A DNA stretch of 64,000 bases from Octopus bimaculoides (GCF_001194135.2 NC_068982.1:56948339-57012338), one strand, 5' to 3'; shown: positions 1 to 13,322, counted from the first letter of the stretch. Numbers and translations are program-made. Notes: generated from the sequence alone by a model not told the origin.

Positions 1-825
1 TTCGTATCACTTTTTATCGTTTATATGTAAAGAGAAGACAAAATATGTAAAGACGAGGGAAGTCTTGGTCAAGAATTTAGATGTTCGATTCATATTGTTG
101 CTGTTTAGGGCCAGTTGTGTTGTTATATGTTCACAAACACTCAAAATTGACTATTTAATCTTATGTTTGATTTAAGACCACCTTATCAGGGACCACATTA
201 TCTAATATGTCCTTCGTCTTTAAAAGAGTGTAGCTTGTGATTTCAGCAAGATTTGGCTGTTATTTCTACCAGATTCAGCTCCGATGTACAAAGCTTCTAT
301 GTGGTTCAACTGATGATGTCTGAGATGGCGTCTGATCAAAGGTTTTCAACTATGAACCATTCTGGTTTTTTCCCCGACATAATGAGTCTAGGACTCGTAC
401 ATTATTTAATGTGTTTCTTTAAAAACTTTTAATGCGAAGGAAATTTCATTACGATTAATATTTCTAAAATGTAGTGAACAGTATTGATGATCCCTGATTG
501 TCGATGCTGTTCATGATGTAGCTGTGCATATGTAATTTTGTTTCTTTTAGAGCAGGTCTTTCTTCCGTAGAACAAACAAACACACACGCGCGCACGCACG
601 CACACAAATTTTTATACTATATTGTGTATTTGTTCGAATGTAAATTATAGAAGTTTGTGTTGTTTTTTTCGCAAAATACCCTACGGATTATATTTTGATT
701 TTCGTCATTCGAGGTCGATTATGTAAGTACCTAATATAAACTGGTTAGAATTCAACGAACACATAATCTCAAATAAAATTTGGGAGCTATACCCCAACAC
801 AAAAATATTCCTGTATATAGGTACA

Positions 826-962
826 CGCGGGGCTGGATGGCAAAAAGTTTATTTCACAACCATATGTTCCGGATTCAGTCCCAATGCAACCTTGGGTAAA
901 AGTCGGGCCGACCAAAGCTTTATTAGAGGTATTGCTAGACGGAAACTGAAAGAAACTCATCG

Positions 963-1044
<82 letters not shown>

Positions 1045-1105
1045 NNNNNNNNNNATATATATATATATATATATATGCATATATATATGTATGTGTGTGT
1101 GTGTG

Positions 1106-1141
<36 letters not shown>

Positions 1142-1345
1142 GTGTGTTCTCCACCACCGCTTCACAACCTGCATTAATGTGTTTACGTACCCGATAATCT
1201 AGCAGTTCGGCGAAAGAACCCGATAGAATAAGTACCACACTTAAAAAAATAGTACTGGCGTCAATTAGTTCGACTAAAACCCTTCAAGATGGTGCCCCAG
1301 AATGGCTGCAGTATGATGACTGAAACAAGGGAAAGATAAAAGATA
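826..1345 (+). mobile_element. tRNA-derived SINE, family A (bipartite, internal microsatellite), diverged full-length copy
   Basis: Head with GTTCCGGATTCAGTCCC B-box-like motif and CCTTGGG..GGGCCGACCAAAGC..GACGGAAACTGAAAGAA body; internal TATC/CT/TA/TG microsatellite; 3' body ending ATGACTGAAACAAG-(GATAAAA)n. The same layout recurs about 10 times in the window. Confidence 0.8.
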
Positions 1346-3657
1346 TTTGTATGTTTTCCTTGTGATGAGCAAGTTGTAACTATCAGATAAAAAAGACAAT
1401 TCCAAATATATTTTATTTTATCATTGCTTATAATACATATGAAGACGGTGCTTATAAGGAACGAGACCATCGTATCTTTCTGTTTTACCTCATGTAATAA
1501 TATAAAACGTCTTTGAACGCAGCCAAAATGAAACCAACATTTTCTCGCCTGTTTTCTGCGTTTAAGTAACACCGGATTTGAAATTTAAGAGCTAATGTAT
1601 GAGCTTCTATGTGGTAGATTGAGTTGCTAAAATACACAGCTAAAGCTAACCCAAATCGCAGTTTGGCTATTGCAGTTCTAAATTCACTGCACCTAAGAAA
1701 ATATCAGGATGGTCACAGTTTGAATACCTTTGATCACACGTCTGCTCGACCAGGGCTTTCATAGGTTTGGACAAGAACAGCTTTGAGTACCCTTGGAAAC
1801 ATAATATGCTTTGATAATATTTTTGATTTCGGCGATTAGATGAAAATTCTTACCTCTCGTGTTATATATTCCCTTTCAAAGAAATCGAAATAGTATTTTT
1901 TCGGTGAGTATGAAACAGTAGCCCGGTGATCAGTAAAATGTGTCTGTGAACCAATATCAAAGCCATTTCACTTACAAGACCCTATTATCTTGCTTAACGG
2001 TAAAGAAGAAGAAAAAGGAATTAGAACCAATACTTAAAACCGCGCAGCAAACTAAGTAGACCGATGTTTCTATACAGCAGCTCTTGCTTGGCTTCAAATC
2101 CGGTTCTGTGCGAATTGACTTATGATCAACTGTGTTTCGACATTCGTCTCGACATTATTTACCCTGGATTACATTATCAAATATATCCATTTATAAGATG
2201 ATAGGAAGTAATTTGAAGAATATTTGGTTGTTATTTCTAGCATGCCTATCAACTTTGTCATTAGCTAAGGAGAATTTAGCTCAACTTTAAAAGTATTTAT
2301 TAGGTTTTCGATGCAATTTTTGCTTCGTTAATTATTTTTCATTATTTTCTCTCTAAAATATAAAAAAAAAATTAATGTTATTTTCCTTGTTATATTATTT
2401 CACTGATCTTACAACTGATTTACTCATACTGTCTCAGCAGATTTGTGTAGCAAAATATTTAACCACGCTTCATTTCACTGAAAGCATCTATCAGAAATGA
2501 AAAGACGCGCCATTTTGAGGTAGAGGTGTTTTATTCAAATATTTAGTAGACGCTATTTGTCCGGATATTAGATGAACCATTAAGCGACTATAAGACAATA
2601 AACTCAGTGTTTATTCATATGAATATGCAGACATGTTAAAGAGTGCTCAGGGAAATGGTATATTGCCACGAGTTCTCGTGAATACGCTGCTATAAATATT
2701 TGCATATTACTCTACTGACATGTACTTTATGTAGATTTCTCTTCTTCCTTATCCTTTCATTTTTCATTTCTTTTTTACAGACAATCACACATGCTTATGT
2801 ACACGTACATAGAGAAACAGACAATAACCAAAACTAAGATATTCACTATACAATGGAGGCTATTTATTTACCTTACATATGGAATTAGAAATTTAACAAT
2901 GCTCTTGCGAGATGCACATTAAATAAAATTGTAATGAAACATTATTCAACGAACATTTTCCCACAACACTATCTCAAGACATTTTGTCTGGCAGCCATTT
3001 TGTCCTGTGACATTTCCCCTAATGAATCATACTAAATTTAACGAGTTTGTAAGGATATAACAAAATACATAATTATTAGTACGCCATTAGTTCAGTGTAT
3101 ATATATGATTAATTCATACATTACAAATAAAGAAGTGAAAATATTAACCTTGTTTATGTTTAACGCAATTTATTCGAAGCAAAACCTTTGTAAAAGTGTC
3201 GCCGTTATATTTTATGTTTTAGTTTTAATGTTTTTCCGTTGAACAAAGATCACATGCCATTTAGTAAGTGATGACGTTCGAGCTAGCCGCGTATCTTCGA
3301 CACGATTTCCAATCCGGTTGTAGAAGCCCACGTACTCCTAAATGTAATATTTCTACGAAAAGCCATAAATGCCACAACATCCTATTTATTGACGTAGAAA
3401 ATATACTGCATGCAGCATAACGTTGCATTTATATTCTATTTGTATATATGTATCTAGTTTTCTATCAATATGTTAAGCTATATGTCAACAAAGAAGAAAA
3501 CATTTGTTAGATGAAGTTTGGCAGGTTCGAACTTCACAAGTGAATACATATCGGACGATGTGTTCGGACATCAAAAATACGCTTTCGATAAACCAAGCAT
3601 AATGGAAGACAGGAGGGTAACTCTTGAAAACTGAGACAATTCATGGAGACGAAAATA

Positions 3658-3722
<65 letters not shown>

Positions 3723-6660
3723 GGAATGAAGAGGGGAGTAAGAAATATAAATAGCTGAACAAGAGAAAGTAATAGAAAGAGATAAAGCACGAAATTAAAA
3801 TAGTGATAACCGTCATATTGCCTCAAATTTAAAATATTAGAAAAGCTAAATGTAGAGGCAGATTTATTTTACCTCAAAATATAACTGGTACCATTAGGTG
3901 AATTTCAAAATTAGATACGGCACTTTCTATATTGGAATTTAAATACATCCATGATAATTAATCTATCAACTCTTGTTTATGTTGCTGCTGTTGTTGTTAC
4001 GGTTTTTGATTTTTAGCCTCTGGTCAACACCAATGGTGCAGGCCTAAATTCAAATGTATTCCATCAATGAGCATCATGCCAAGTTTATTTGATCTTCAGC
4101 TTGAAAATTTGCAAATAGGTTTCTAGAAGGAAAACACAAGGGCTAGGAGAGAAATCTGGGTGGTTAAAGTACTGAGGCGAAAGGATTGGGTGAAACATTT
4201 AGGATAAGAATAGAAGAATTCTGAGAAGTGAGTGAGTTACAGTAATTTTCATCTTATTGCTTTTGTTTTTTTGCTTTTAATCGCCCTCAGATTAAAATCA
4301 AAACAAAACAAAAACAGTACTAAGTAAGTATTGAGAAATTAGCAGAGTCGCTTGATTCGCGGATAGAATGAATGTCTCACAGAATTCGTTGAGTCTCTCA
4401 GCGATCTGAATTAAAATATCTGCTGTACTTAGCTTTGTCTCTTATCCTTTGAAGGTCGATGTATATTTATAAAGTGCCAGTCCAGGGATGGTGGTTTGGT
4501 ATAGTTGTGAAAGCGTCGGACGAAATTGCTTTATGGTGTCTGTTCCTGCTATTTGCGTTCTCGTTTCAAATCCTGCTAAGGTGCCAATGGTCGAAGCTAA
4601 TCCCACGGATTCGAGAACAACTGGTCAATGGAAACAAGCTGACATATAACAAGAAAGAAAAACTAGCAGTGTTCTAATCAGGAGCTTTCCCTACGTTTGC
4701 AGACTGTATCTAGGATATCATTCTCTAGTGCATCCTTCATTGTTTAAATTTTTTAATAGGTAATACATATGAGAGGGAAATCGCTGCTATTTCTAGCAAT
4801 CTGAGAGATCCCATAAGAACCACCATCCTTTGTTCTGCAGTGATTTTTTCATTCCTTCACATAGGCTCCCCCTGTTTGTGGTGGCTTATTGTTGCTGTTT
4901 TGTTCTTATCATTATTGATAGTGATATTGGTCGAGCGATGTTAACTTTCAGGTCGACCTACATCTAATAAACCAATGATCAAAAACGTTGCAGCCGTGAC
5001 CATCTCTTTTGCATAACAAGGACTAACATGTTACTATGTCTCCTTCATTTTAAGACAGAAATTTAGTTGCTTTTCCTTGCAGGTTCTCCAACCTCGTAAA
5101 GGCTCTCTCATTACGAGGGAAATGTTATTGTTCGTCATGATAGTGGTTAGTTTGTGTTGTTACAGCCACTCTTTCTTTCTGCAAATGATTTCGTCTTAAG
5201 CAGATTCTTGTGCACCAACGCATCAAAGCCAATCACACGATATTGACCGTAACACTTTTCTCATTAGAGCGTGACACTTGTCTCCATGGTACGAATTTTA
5301 TCCCGAAGTAGAAGTATTTTTTTTTTCTTTTGCCGAAGCTTTACTCGTTTTTGTGCCTTATCGGCTGTCACTGGACACTGAAGCGAATATACAGGATCAC
5401 ATGAACGGAAAGCTGACATATAAGAATGACAAGACGATAATTTTCCAGTGCCTTATTGAGAGTGCAGTAAAACTATTAGAAAGTGTGCCTGTACTTCGAA
5501 AACCGGCTGCCTCTTTCCACAATTCTCTACAGTGTATATTTATTACTAGTTTTCAAACAAAGGTAATGTTGATTATTACGAGATACAGAAGAAATCGATC
5601 CTGCATTTCAGAAGAATTTGTTGACGGTTCTTTCACCAAACATAAAACCATTCAGTTTGCATTCAATTCCATCATTATAATGTTTAGATAGAAAAGAAGA
5701 AGAAAGATGATGTGAGTGGGATGATGGTGATGAATAGTAAAAGGTTCATTCCAAACGAAATAGTAAAACCTCCTCCTAGCTATTAATTGAAATGTTATCA
5801 AAACTGACCTCCCTAAGCAACATATTATCACATTTCCTTTAGCAACACAATCACATTCTCGCTTTCGCCGCATCATCACATCGCCGTCGCCTTCTTGTAC
5901 AGTGGGTCAACCAACCTATAGTTGACACCAGCCACTGTCTCACACACCATTCTGTCTGTTTATTTCTCTCTAACTACATATCGACTTCCAGCTAAAGCCC
6001 ACTTACTCAGGAGCGGTGTTTTTATGTATGTATATATAAATACAAATGCAAATAAGAATTCTCTAAAGAAGATATTGGCATTTCGGAATAAATTGAATTG
6101 GACAAAAACGAGAGAGAAAGAGAGAGGGGGTGGAAGAGGGAGGAGAAGAGAGAAATCTACGGGTTTCGGTGAAAGTCACGCGTGTTGGAAACCTCTTAAC
6201 GGTATTAAATTTCAAAGGATGATCCCTGTCCGTGGTACGGCTCCTAGATAAAGCTGTTTCTCCGATTCTGTACAGTATATTAACCATGAAGAAAAAGAAG
6301 AAAATAAAACAAACTAACAAAGCAACAACACATACGAAATAAATCAACCTATGTGAAAGCATTGACTTTAGCGTATCTTATTTACAGTTTCTATTTAATT
6401 TATTTACGGCTTTCTAGCTAAGTCTTCGACCCAAGGCGAATTTGTTTCGTTTTCGGTTCTTTAAAAGTTGCATTTGTCACTAATTCAATCAAACACATGT
6501 TTTAGTCTTGTTTATTTGTTCAGTTCCTTTCATTCAATTTTATTTTGCTTAGTTTCGTTGTACCCAATTATGCTACTGTTTAGCCCAAGGACGATCCTGG
6601 TCAAGAAGGCCTATGATTGATAACCTCGCAACTATGATCAATCTTATCTCCCTTGTATAT

Positions 6661-6860
6661 TCTTTTATTCTTTTATTTGTTTCAGCTATTTGACTGCGAC
6701 CATACCGGAGCACCGTCTTTAGTCGAACTAATCGACCCCAGGACTTATTCTTTGTAAGCCTAGTACTTATTCTATCTGACTCTTTTGCCGAGCCGCTAAG
6801 TTACGGGGACGTAAACACACCAGCATCGGTTGTCAAGTGATGGTGGAGAGACGAACAGAA

Positions 6861-6917
<57 letters not shown>

Positions 6918-7070
6918 GGATGGGCTTCTTTCAGTTTCCGTCTACCAAATCCACTGACAAGGCTTTGGTCGGCCCGATGCTATAGCAGAAGACACTTGCC
7001 CAAGGTGTCACGCAGTGGGACTGAACCTGGAACCATGTAGTTGGTAATCAAGCTACCTACCACACAGCCA
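6661..7070 (-). mobile_element. SINE family A, full-length copy
   Basis: Reverse complement of the family A layout; internal (CA)n(TA)n; CpGs largely retained. Confidence 0.9.
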
Positions 7071-7579
7071 ACAGAGTTGTTGATATTTCAAGGATATAAA
7101 CATTGAATTTTGTATATTTGTTCATTATTAAAACAGCTGTGTATTTTGAGAGATTTGGCTGTTATTTTCAACAAGTAGAGCAATCACGTAAGTTTGTATA
7201 TTTTATTATTATTCGAATAGGTAAACGTAGATTCGTCAATAGACGGAAAGCCTTAGCATCGTAAAATGAAGAGAAAGATTATAGGTGGATGAATCATGTA
7301 CGAATTCCTTTCGGTTCAGCCGTTTTCAGTCCCCTGAAAACTAAGCATCAGTGCTTAAAACGCAGGGGAGTGGAAGATTGCTAAATGACAGACATTAACA
7401 AGGAGGTTTGTTTCCGCATCGAAAGTTGTCAAGATCTCTGATATTCATATTTCCCATCTAATTAGGATGAATGATAAATTAGTAGTAATATGAGTATGTG
7501 TTTTACGTTTATAAATTCGTTTTGCAAGATTCCCGATTAGAAATCGTGTGTTGAAACAAATATTGTTATATTTAGGGGT

Positions 7580-8036
7580 CTTTTTTTTTCATACCAAATA
7601 AACACACCCTCTATATATTCGTTATTCACTCATTTATTAATGTTCTTTTTTATCTTATGTCCATTGTCTGGAAATCTTTCGTGACGCATCTGTGACCTCT
7701 TCAGTGACCCTTTCTATCCACGTCTATGCTCCAGCTCCGCCTAGTTCATTCTGTTTTATGTCTATCCTTATTTGCGCATACGTTTGCGTCTGTGTTTGTG
7801 TGCGCGCGCACGCGCGTGTACATGCGCATGTCTATGTTTATTGCATGTGTGTGTGTTTATTGGCTTGCCCAGACGGAGCAGGAAGATATACGTGGATGGA
7901 AAAGGTTGCTGAAGAGATCACAGATGTCTGACGAAAGATTTCCACAAAACGGACACAACATAAAATAAAAACAATAATAAACGAGTAAAGAACGAATATA
8001 TAGTACGTGTGTTTATTTGCCAAAAAGAAAAAAAAG
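7580..8036. repeat. Fold-back: two ~165-bp inverted arms (7580-7744 and 7869-8036) around a GT/GC microsatellite spacer
   Basis: Arms align by eye at roughly 75-80% identity, e.g. ACGTGGAT.GAAA.GGT..CTGAAGAG.TCACAGATG...ACGAAAGATTTCCA and ACGAATATATAG...GTGTGTTTATTTG. Confidence 0.85.
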
Positions 8037-8144
8037 TGGCAATGATGCATTTCTAAATCTGTAAGAGAGACTTAAGCAGTAGTGATACGATAAAGTAGTT
8101 GTATGTTGTCAACTTAACGTGACACTCCCAAGAAGGGAATCATA

Positions 8145-8420
8145 CTACTGCTATTTAGCCCGAGTAAGCTGCACCGCTTCCTGTCGGCGTTGACACATTT
8201 CCTGTGTCCTTATGTTTATGAGGGGGAGACAAGCACCTACACCCAGCCAAGCCTGCAGCTAGGGACATGTTTCTGAGTTTTTGCTCGTCATCAGCCTGGA
8301 GTAGCATGACTTGCTGGCTGAAGATGCCTGTCAAGCTCTCGTAAACATATAATAACTCTAGTGAATCACATTCATTGATTTCAAAATTAGAAATGATCAT
8401 CCCGAAATATAACAATACAT
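8145..8420 (-). mobile_element. Short retroposed element (possible Penelope pLTR or retrozyme-like) carrying a hammerhead motif and a short simple-repeat tail
   Basis: Ends GGGCTAAATAGCAGTAGTA on the minus strand; contains the hammerhead core at 8259-8299. Confidence 0.5.
8259..8299 (-). ncRNA. Minimal type I hammerhead ribozyme motif
   Basis: Minus strand ccagg-CTGATGA-c-gag-caaaaa-ctc-a-GAA-ACATGT-C-cctag: exact core boxes, 3-bp helix II, palindromic helix III (ACATGT), GUC triplet, helix I 4/5 pairs. Confidence 0.65.
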
Positions 8421-8434
8421 TGTTCAGCCCTAAA

Positions 8435-8649
8435 TACGAAGGGATGCTGAGAAGTTTTTGGCTTTGGATAAAAGGAAGGAGGATCAGTTAATTATGATTT
8501 TATCTAACATATTCCCCTCTCAGATTCACACACTTATTGCAGCGGTCCTTCAGTTTTTCTAAGCCTTGTAAAAGAACTAGAAAAGTTGGACCTCCAGCCA
8601 AGTGTTTCACGATACCCTTTAAGCCAGGCGCTTTTCAGCACCTCGCGTA
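8435..8649 (-). mobile_element. Mariner-derived MITE (~215 bp including TA ends)
   Basis: TA at both ends; imperfect ~30-bp TIRs (TACGAAGGGATGCTGAGAAGTTTTTGGCTT vs TACGCGAGGTGCTGAAAAGCGCCTGGCTT); 8500-8565 reads GLEKLKDRCNKCVNLRGEYVR*, matching the mariner transposase C-terminal motif GI.KL..RW.KC....G.YVE. Confidence 0.85.
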
Positions 8650-8794
8650 AGTATGTGTGGGTATTTATGTATGTGTGCGTATGTATGTGTGTATATGTGT
8701 GTGTGGACATCTATGTAAGTATAGTTATACATCGGCGTGCATAGATACCAATTTCTATACATGCGTATACATCTCTTCCTCCTTCCACACCATG

Positions 8795-8859
<65 letters not shown>

Positions 8860-8918
8860 NNNNNNNNNNNNNNNNNNNNNNNNNNNNNNNNNNNNNNNNN
8901 NNNNNNNNNNNNNNNNNN

Positions 8919-8960
<42 letters not shown>

Positions 8961-9115
8961 ATTGTATTTACACACACAGACACACATACATCCTGCTTTA
9001 CTTTCAGATATAGTATATCCTGATATATCAGATATAGTATGTCCCATCTTAGCTTCAAAAACAAAAATGTGGTTATAGATTGATAGACAGACAGACAGAC
9101 AGATAGACAGACAGG

Positions 9116-9168
<53 letters not shown>

Positions 9169-9401
9169 TAGATAGTAGAGAAAGAGAAAGACAGAGAGAG
9201 GGAGAGAGAAAGACAGAGAGACAGAGAAAGACACTGAGAGAGAGAGAAAAACAGGGAAAGAGAGAGTAAGATAGAGAGAGTAAGATAGAGAGAGTAAGAT
9301 AGAGAGAGTAAGNNNNNNNNNNNNNNNNNNNNNNNNNNNNNNNNNNNNNNNNNNNNNNNNNNNNNNNNNNNNNNNNNNNNNNNNNNNGGGAGGGAGGGAA
9401 G

Positions 9402-9435
<34 letters not shown>

Positions 9436-10387
9436 TTTAATTTCTGTATCTAAAAGATTAAGGGAATTTATATCCCCTTAACACATATTGAGTTCTGCAC
9501 TAGTTACTGTTCGTAAGTGTAGTACCAAATGATATTTTTTGCCTAAATCGAATATTTCATGTCGAAGAGAAATCTCAATAAGCCGAGGAAATCTATTTCC
9601 AGTCATTTACTAGAAATATTGGCAACATTTCCTTTAGAATCATTCTTACAAAAGCAGAGACATAGCGAATAATGTTGAATGATGGGATGGTCATGGTAAG
9701 AATGTCTTTACACTTGTGACGAGTCTGTCCTACTAGAGCTGACCTGGGTCATAACAACAACGACAAAAAATCTTTTGCTGCCGGGGAACGCGATTCTGCA
9801 AAGCCGTATTGATTTCCATTGCCTTCTTCGAGCAGCGCATGTGGAAGATTTAAGGAGAATACTACAAAGTAAGAATGTCTACTCTCCGATAATACAATGC
9901 TTCTCGTGTTTAAGTCAGTGAACTGTGGTTTCTCCCATATACTTATTCTACAAAGTAGTCGCAAATAAGCGTCTGGAACTTACGCGGTATTGTAATGTCT
10001 CTCCTAGCGACACTCGTGATCAAGAAGCCGAAGGCACTTGGGTTAGAGTATTGACAAGCTGGGTGATGTGGCTTAAAGAAATTTAAATAAGCAACACTCT
10101 TCAGCTACGATTGTTAAACTCACTAGCTTGTACATGTGCACGCGAACACACATGCGTTAAATATGCATATGACAAATAATAATAATGAAAAAAAAAAAAA
10201 CTCTTTGAGAAATAGAAATGTTATTAACGTTTCGGAGGCATTTCCGTCAGCGGAAAGAGAGAATGAGAGGCAAAGAAAGAAAGAAAAATGCAGAAACAAA
10301 ATATATAGCACATATTGAAGCATTTAAGTAGCACTTCTGATATGCAAACACACTCACAGGTTACACCAATATGTTAATGTGCTAGTA

Positions 10388-10791
10388 TCTTTTACATCTT
10401 ATCTTTTACTTATTTCAGTCATTTGACTGCGGCCATGCTGGGGCACCGCCTTGAAGGGTTCTTTTAGTCGACCCAAGGGCTTTCTTTTAAAACCTAGTGC
10501 TTATTTTATCGGAATCTTATGCTGAACTGATAAGTTACCGGGACCTAAACACACCAAAACTGATTATCAAGCGGTGGTGGAGGACAGACGCAAAGACACG
10601 CACAGACACACTTACACACACACGGGCACATGAAAGGCTTCTTTCAGTTTCTGTCTACCAAATCCACTGACTCTGGTCGGGCCGAGGCTATATAGTAGAA
10701 GACATCTACCCAATGTGCCACGCTGTGGGACTGAACCTGGAACCATGTGGTTAGGAAGCAAGCTTCTTACCACACAGTCACGCCTTGCGCC
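10388..10791 (-). mobile_element. SINE family A, full-length copy
   Basis: Same head, body and tail motifs as the other family A copies. Confidence 0.88.
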
Positions 10792-10913
10792 TATAATATA
10801 TTCGCTTTTGCTTCTAAAATTTGATTGCAGCCACGCTGAGGCCCTGCATCCAAGAATTTAGACGATTATTTATACGTTGAATAGACGACAAGCAAATTCG
10901 ATATGTTTACAAA

Positions 10914-11837
10914 NNNNNNNNNNNNNNNNNNNNNNNNNNNNNNNNNNNNNNNNNNNNNNNNNNNNNNNNNNNNNNNNNNNNNNNNNNNNNNNNNNNNNNN
11001 NNNNNNNNNNNNNNNNNNNNNNNNNNNNNNNNNNNNNNNNNNNNNNNNNNNNNNNNNNNNNNNNNNNNNNNNNNNNNNNNNNNNNNNNNNNNNNNNNNNN
11101 NNNNNNNNNNNNNNNNNNNNNNNNNNNNNNNNNNNNNNNNNNNNNNNNNNNNNNNNNNNNNNNNNNNNNNNNNNNNNNNNNNNNNNNNNNNNNNNNNNNN
11201 NNNNNNNNNNNNNNNNNNNNNNNNNNNNNNNNNNNNNNNNNNNNNNNNNNNNNNNNNNNNNNNNNNNNNNNNNNNNNNNNNNNNNNNNNNNNNNNNNNNN
11301 NNNNNNNNNNNNNNNNNNNNNNNNNNNNNNNNNNNNNNNNNNNNNNNNNNNNNNNNNNNNNNNNNNNNNNNNNNNNNNNNNNNNNNNNNNNNNNNNNNNN
11401 NNNNNNNNNNNNNNNNNNNNNNNNNNNNNNNNNNNNNNNNNNNNNNNNNNNNNNNNNNNNNNNNNNNNNNNNNNNNNNNNNNNNNNNNNNNNNNNNNNNN
11501 NNNNNNNNNNNNNNNNNNNNNNNNNNNNNNNNNNNNNNNNNNNNNNNNNNNNNNNNNNNNNNNNNNNNNNNNNNNNNNNNNNNNNNNNNNNNNNNNNNNN
11601 NNNNNNNNNNNNNNNNNNNNNNNNNNNNNNNNNNNNNNNNNNNNNNNNNNNNNNNNNNNNNNNNNNNNNNNNNNNNNNNNNNNNNNNNNNNNNNNNNNNN
11701 NNNNNNNNNNNNNNNNNNNNNNNNNNNNNNNNNNNNNNNNNNNNNNNNNNNNNNNNNNNNNNNNNNNNNNNNNNNNNNNNNNNNNNNNNNNNNNNNNNNN
11801 NNNNNNNNNNNNNNNNNNNNNNNNNNNNNNNNNNNNN
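10914..11837. other. Assembly gap (924 N); other gaps at 1045-1054, 8860-8918, 9313-9387, 12623-12912, 26234-26323, 37633-37786, 46873-46972
   Basis: Runs of N, each abutting a simple repeat on at least one side. Confidence 0.99.
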
Positions 11838-11905
<68 letters not shown>

Positions 11906-12574
11906 TATACATGTATGTATGTATGCATGTATGTGTGTATGTATGCATGTATGTGTGTATGTATGTTCGTATGTCTGCGCGGGCATGTATAGTTTCTGCC
12001 AACCTAATGTCGCACAGAAAGCTTCGATCATCTCGATACTGTGCACCAAAGCAAATGGACAAATGTTCGGTGCTTCGTGATCGGACCGAACAGCCACTGC
12101 CAATTGTGTGTGTATGTATGTGTAAGTGTGTATGTATATGTTTGTGTGTGCGTCTATTTATTATGCACATGCTCGCTCACACACATATTAACTCTTGTAC
12201 ATACATGTACACATGTATGGTATCTGTTCAAACACGCAGCCGTTGCTGCTTTTCAACATTGCTCCCCGTCTATTTTTTTATATATCTTTATTTCTTTTCA
12301 AGAAAGACAACAGTTCGAGGGTGTTTCTGAAAGACAGAGCGCCTTATAATGAGTTTTATAAACAGCAATAACACAGATTAGGCTGGGAAATATCTCTGAA
12401 TACACTTGACACGTCGGAATAAATGACAGGCTTTCTTAAAACAACAAATAGTCAAACGAAACGAAAATAAATACTAGTAGTAACAGAAAAATTGAAATTT
12501 TCATTTAGTTTCTGTGAAAACAGAAAGGGAGCTTCTGTGCATATGTGTGTGTGTTTATGTATATATATCTGTGT

Positions 12575-12622
<48 letters not shown>

Positions 12623-13136
12623 NNNNNNNNNNNNNNNNNNNNNNNNNNNNNNNNNNNNNNNNNNNNNNNNNNNNNNNNNNNNNNNNNNNNNNNNNNNNNN
12701 NNNNNNNNNNNNNNNNNNNNNNNNNNNNNNNNNNNNNNNNNNNNNNNNNNNNNNNNNNNNNNNNNNNNNNNNNNNNNNNNNNNNNNNNNNNNNNNNNNNN
12801 NNNNNNNNNNNNNNNNNNNNNNNNNNNNNNNNNNNNNNNNNNNNNNNNNNNNNNNNNNNNNNNNNNNNNNNNNNNNNNNNNNNNNNNNNNNNNNNNNNNN
12901 NNNNNNNNNNNNTATATATATATATATGTATAAATATATATATATATATGTGTATATATATGTATATATATATATGTATACATATATATACATATTCATA
13001 TATATACATACACATATACACACATTCACACACACATATATATACACACACTGTAAATCTGCATATATACGAATGTCAGCATTTGTATGTATGTGTACAC
13101 GTGTGTGTGTGTGTGTGTGTGAATATATATAAATAG

Positions 13137-13189
<53 letters not shown>

Positions 13190-13235
13190 TACAAATTTAT
13201 AAATACTTGTGCATACAAATGTGTGTGAGAGAAAG

Positions 13236-13272
<37 letters not shown>

Positions 13273-13322
13273 TTGTGGAAGGGAGTGAGAGAGGTAGAGA
13301 GAGAGGGAGAGAGTGTGTGTTT

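Noticed and set aside
5092-5118. Hairpin CCTCGTAA-11 nt-TTACGAGG just after a strong acceptor at 5082
   Set aside because: An 8-bp stem is expected by chance in 64 kb; no Helitron CTAG end and no convincing donor or frame.
8155-8415. ORF resembling an RTE C-terminus (VMLLQADDEQKLRNM vs AEDR..WR)
   Set aside because: Only a few residues match; the hammerhead explains the same bases better. Not fully excluded.
9749-9964. NQYGFAESRS resembling the LINE RT motif Q.GFR..RS; also a plus-strand frame ending at a GTAAGA donor
   Set aside because: No flanking RT motifs in order and no good acceptor.
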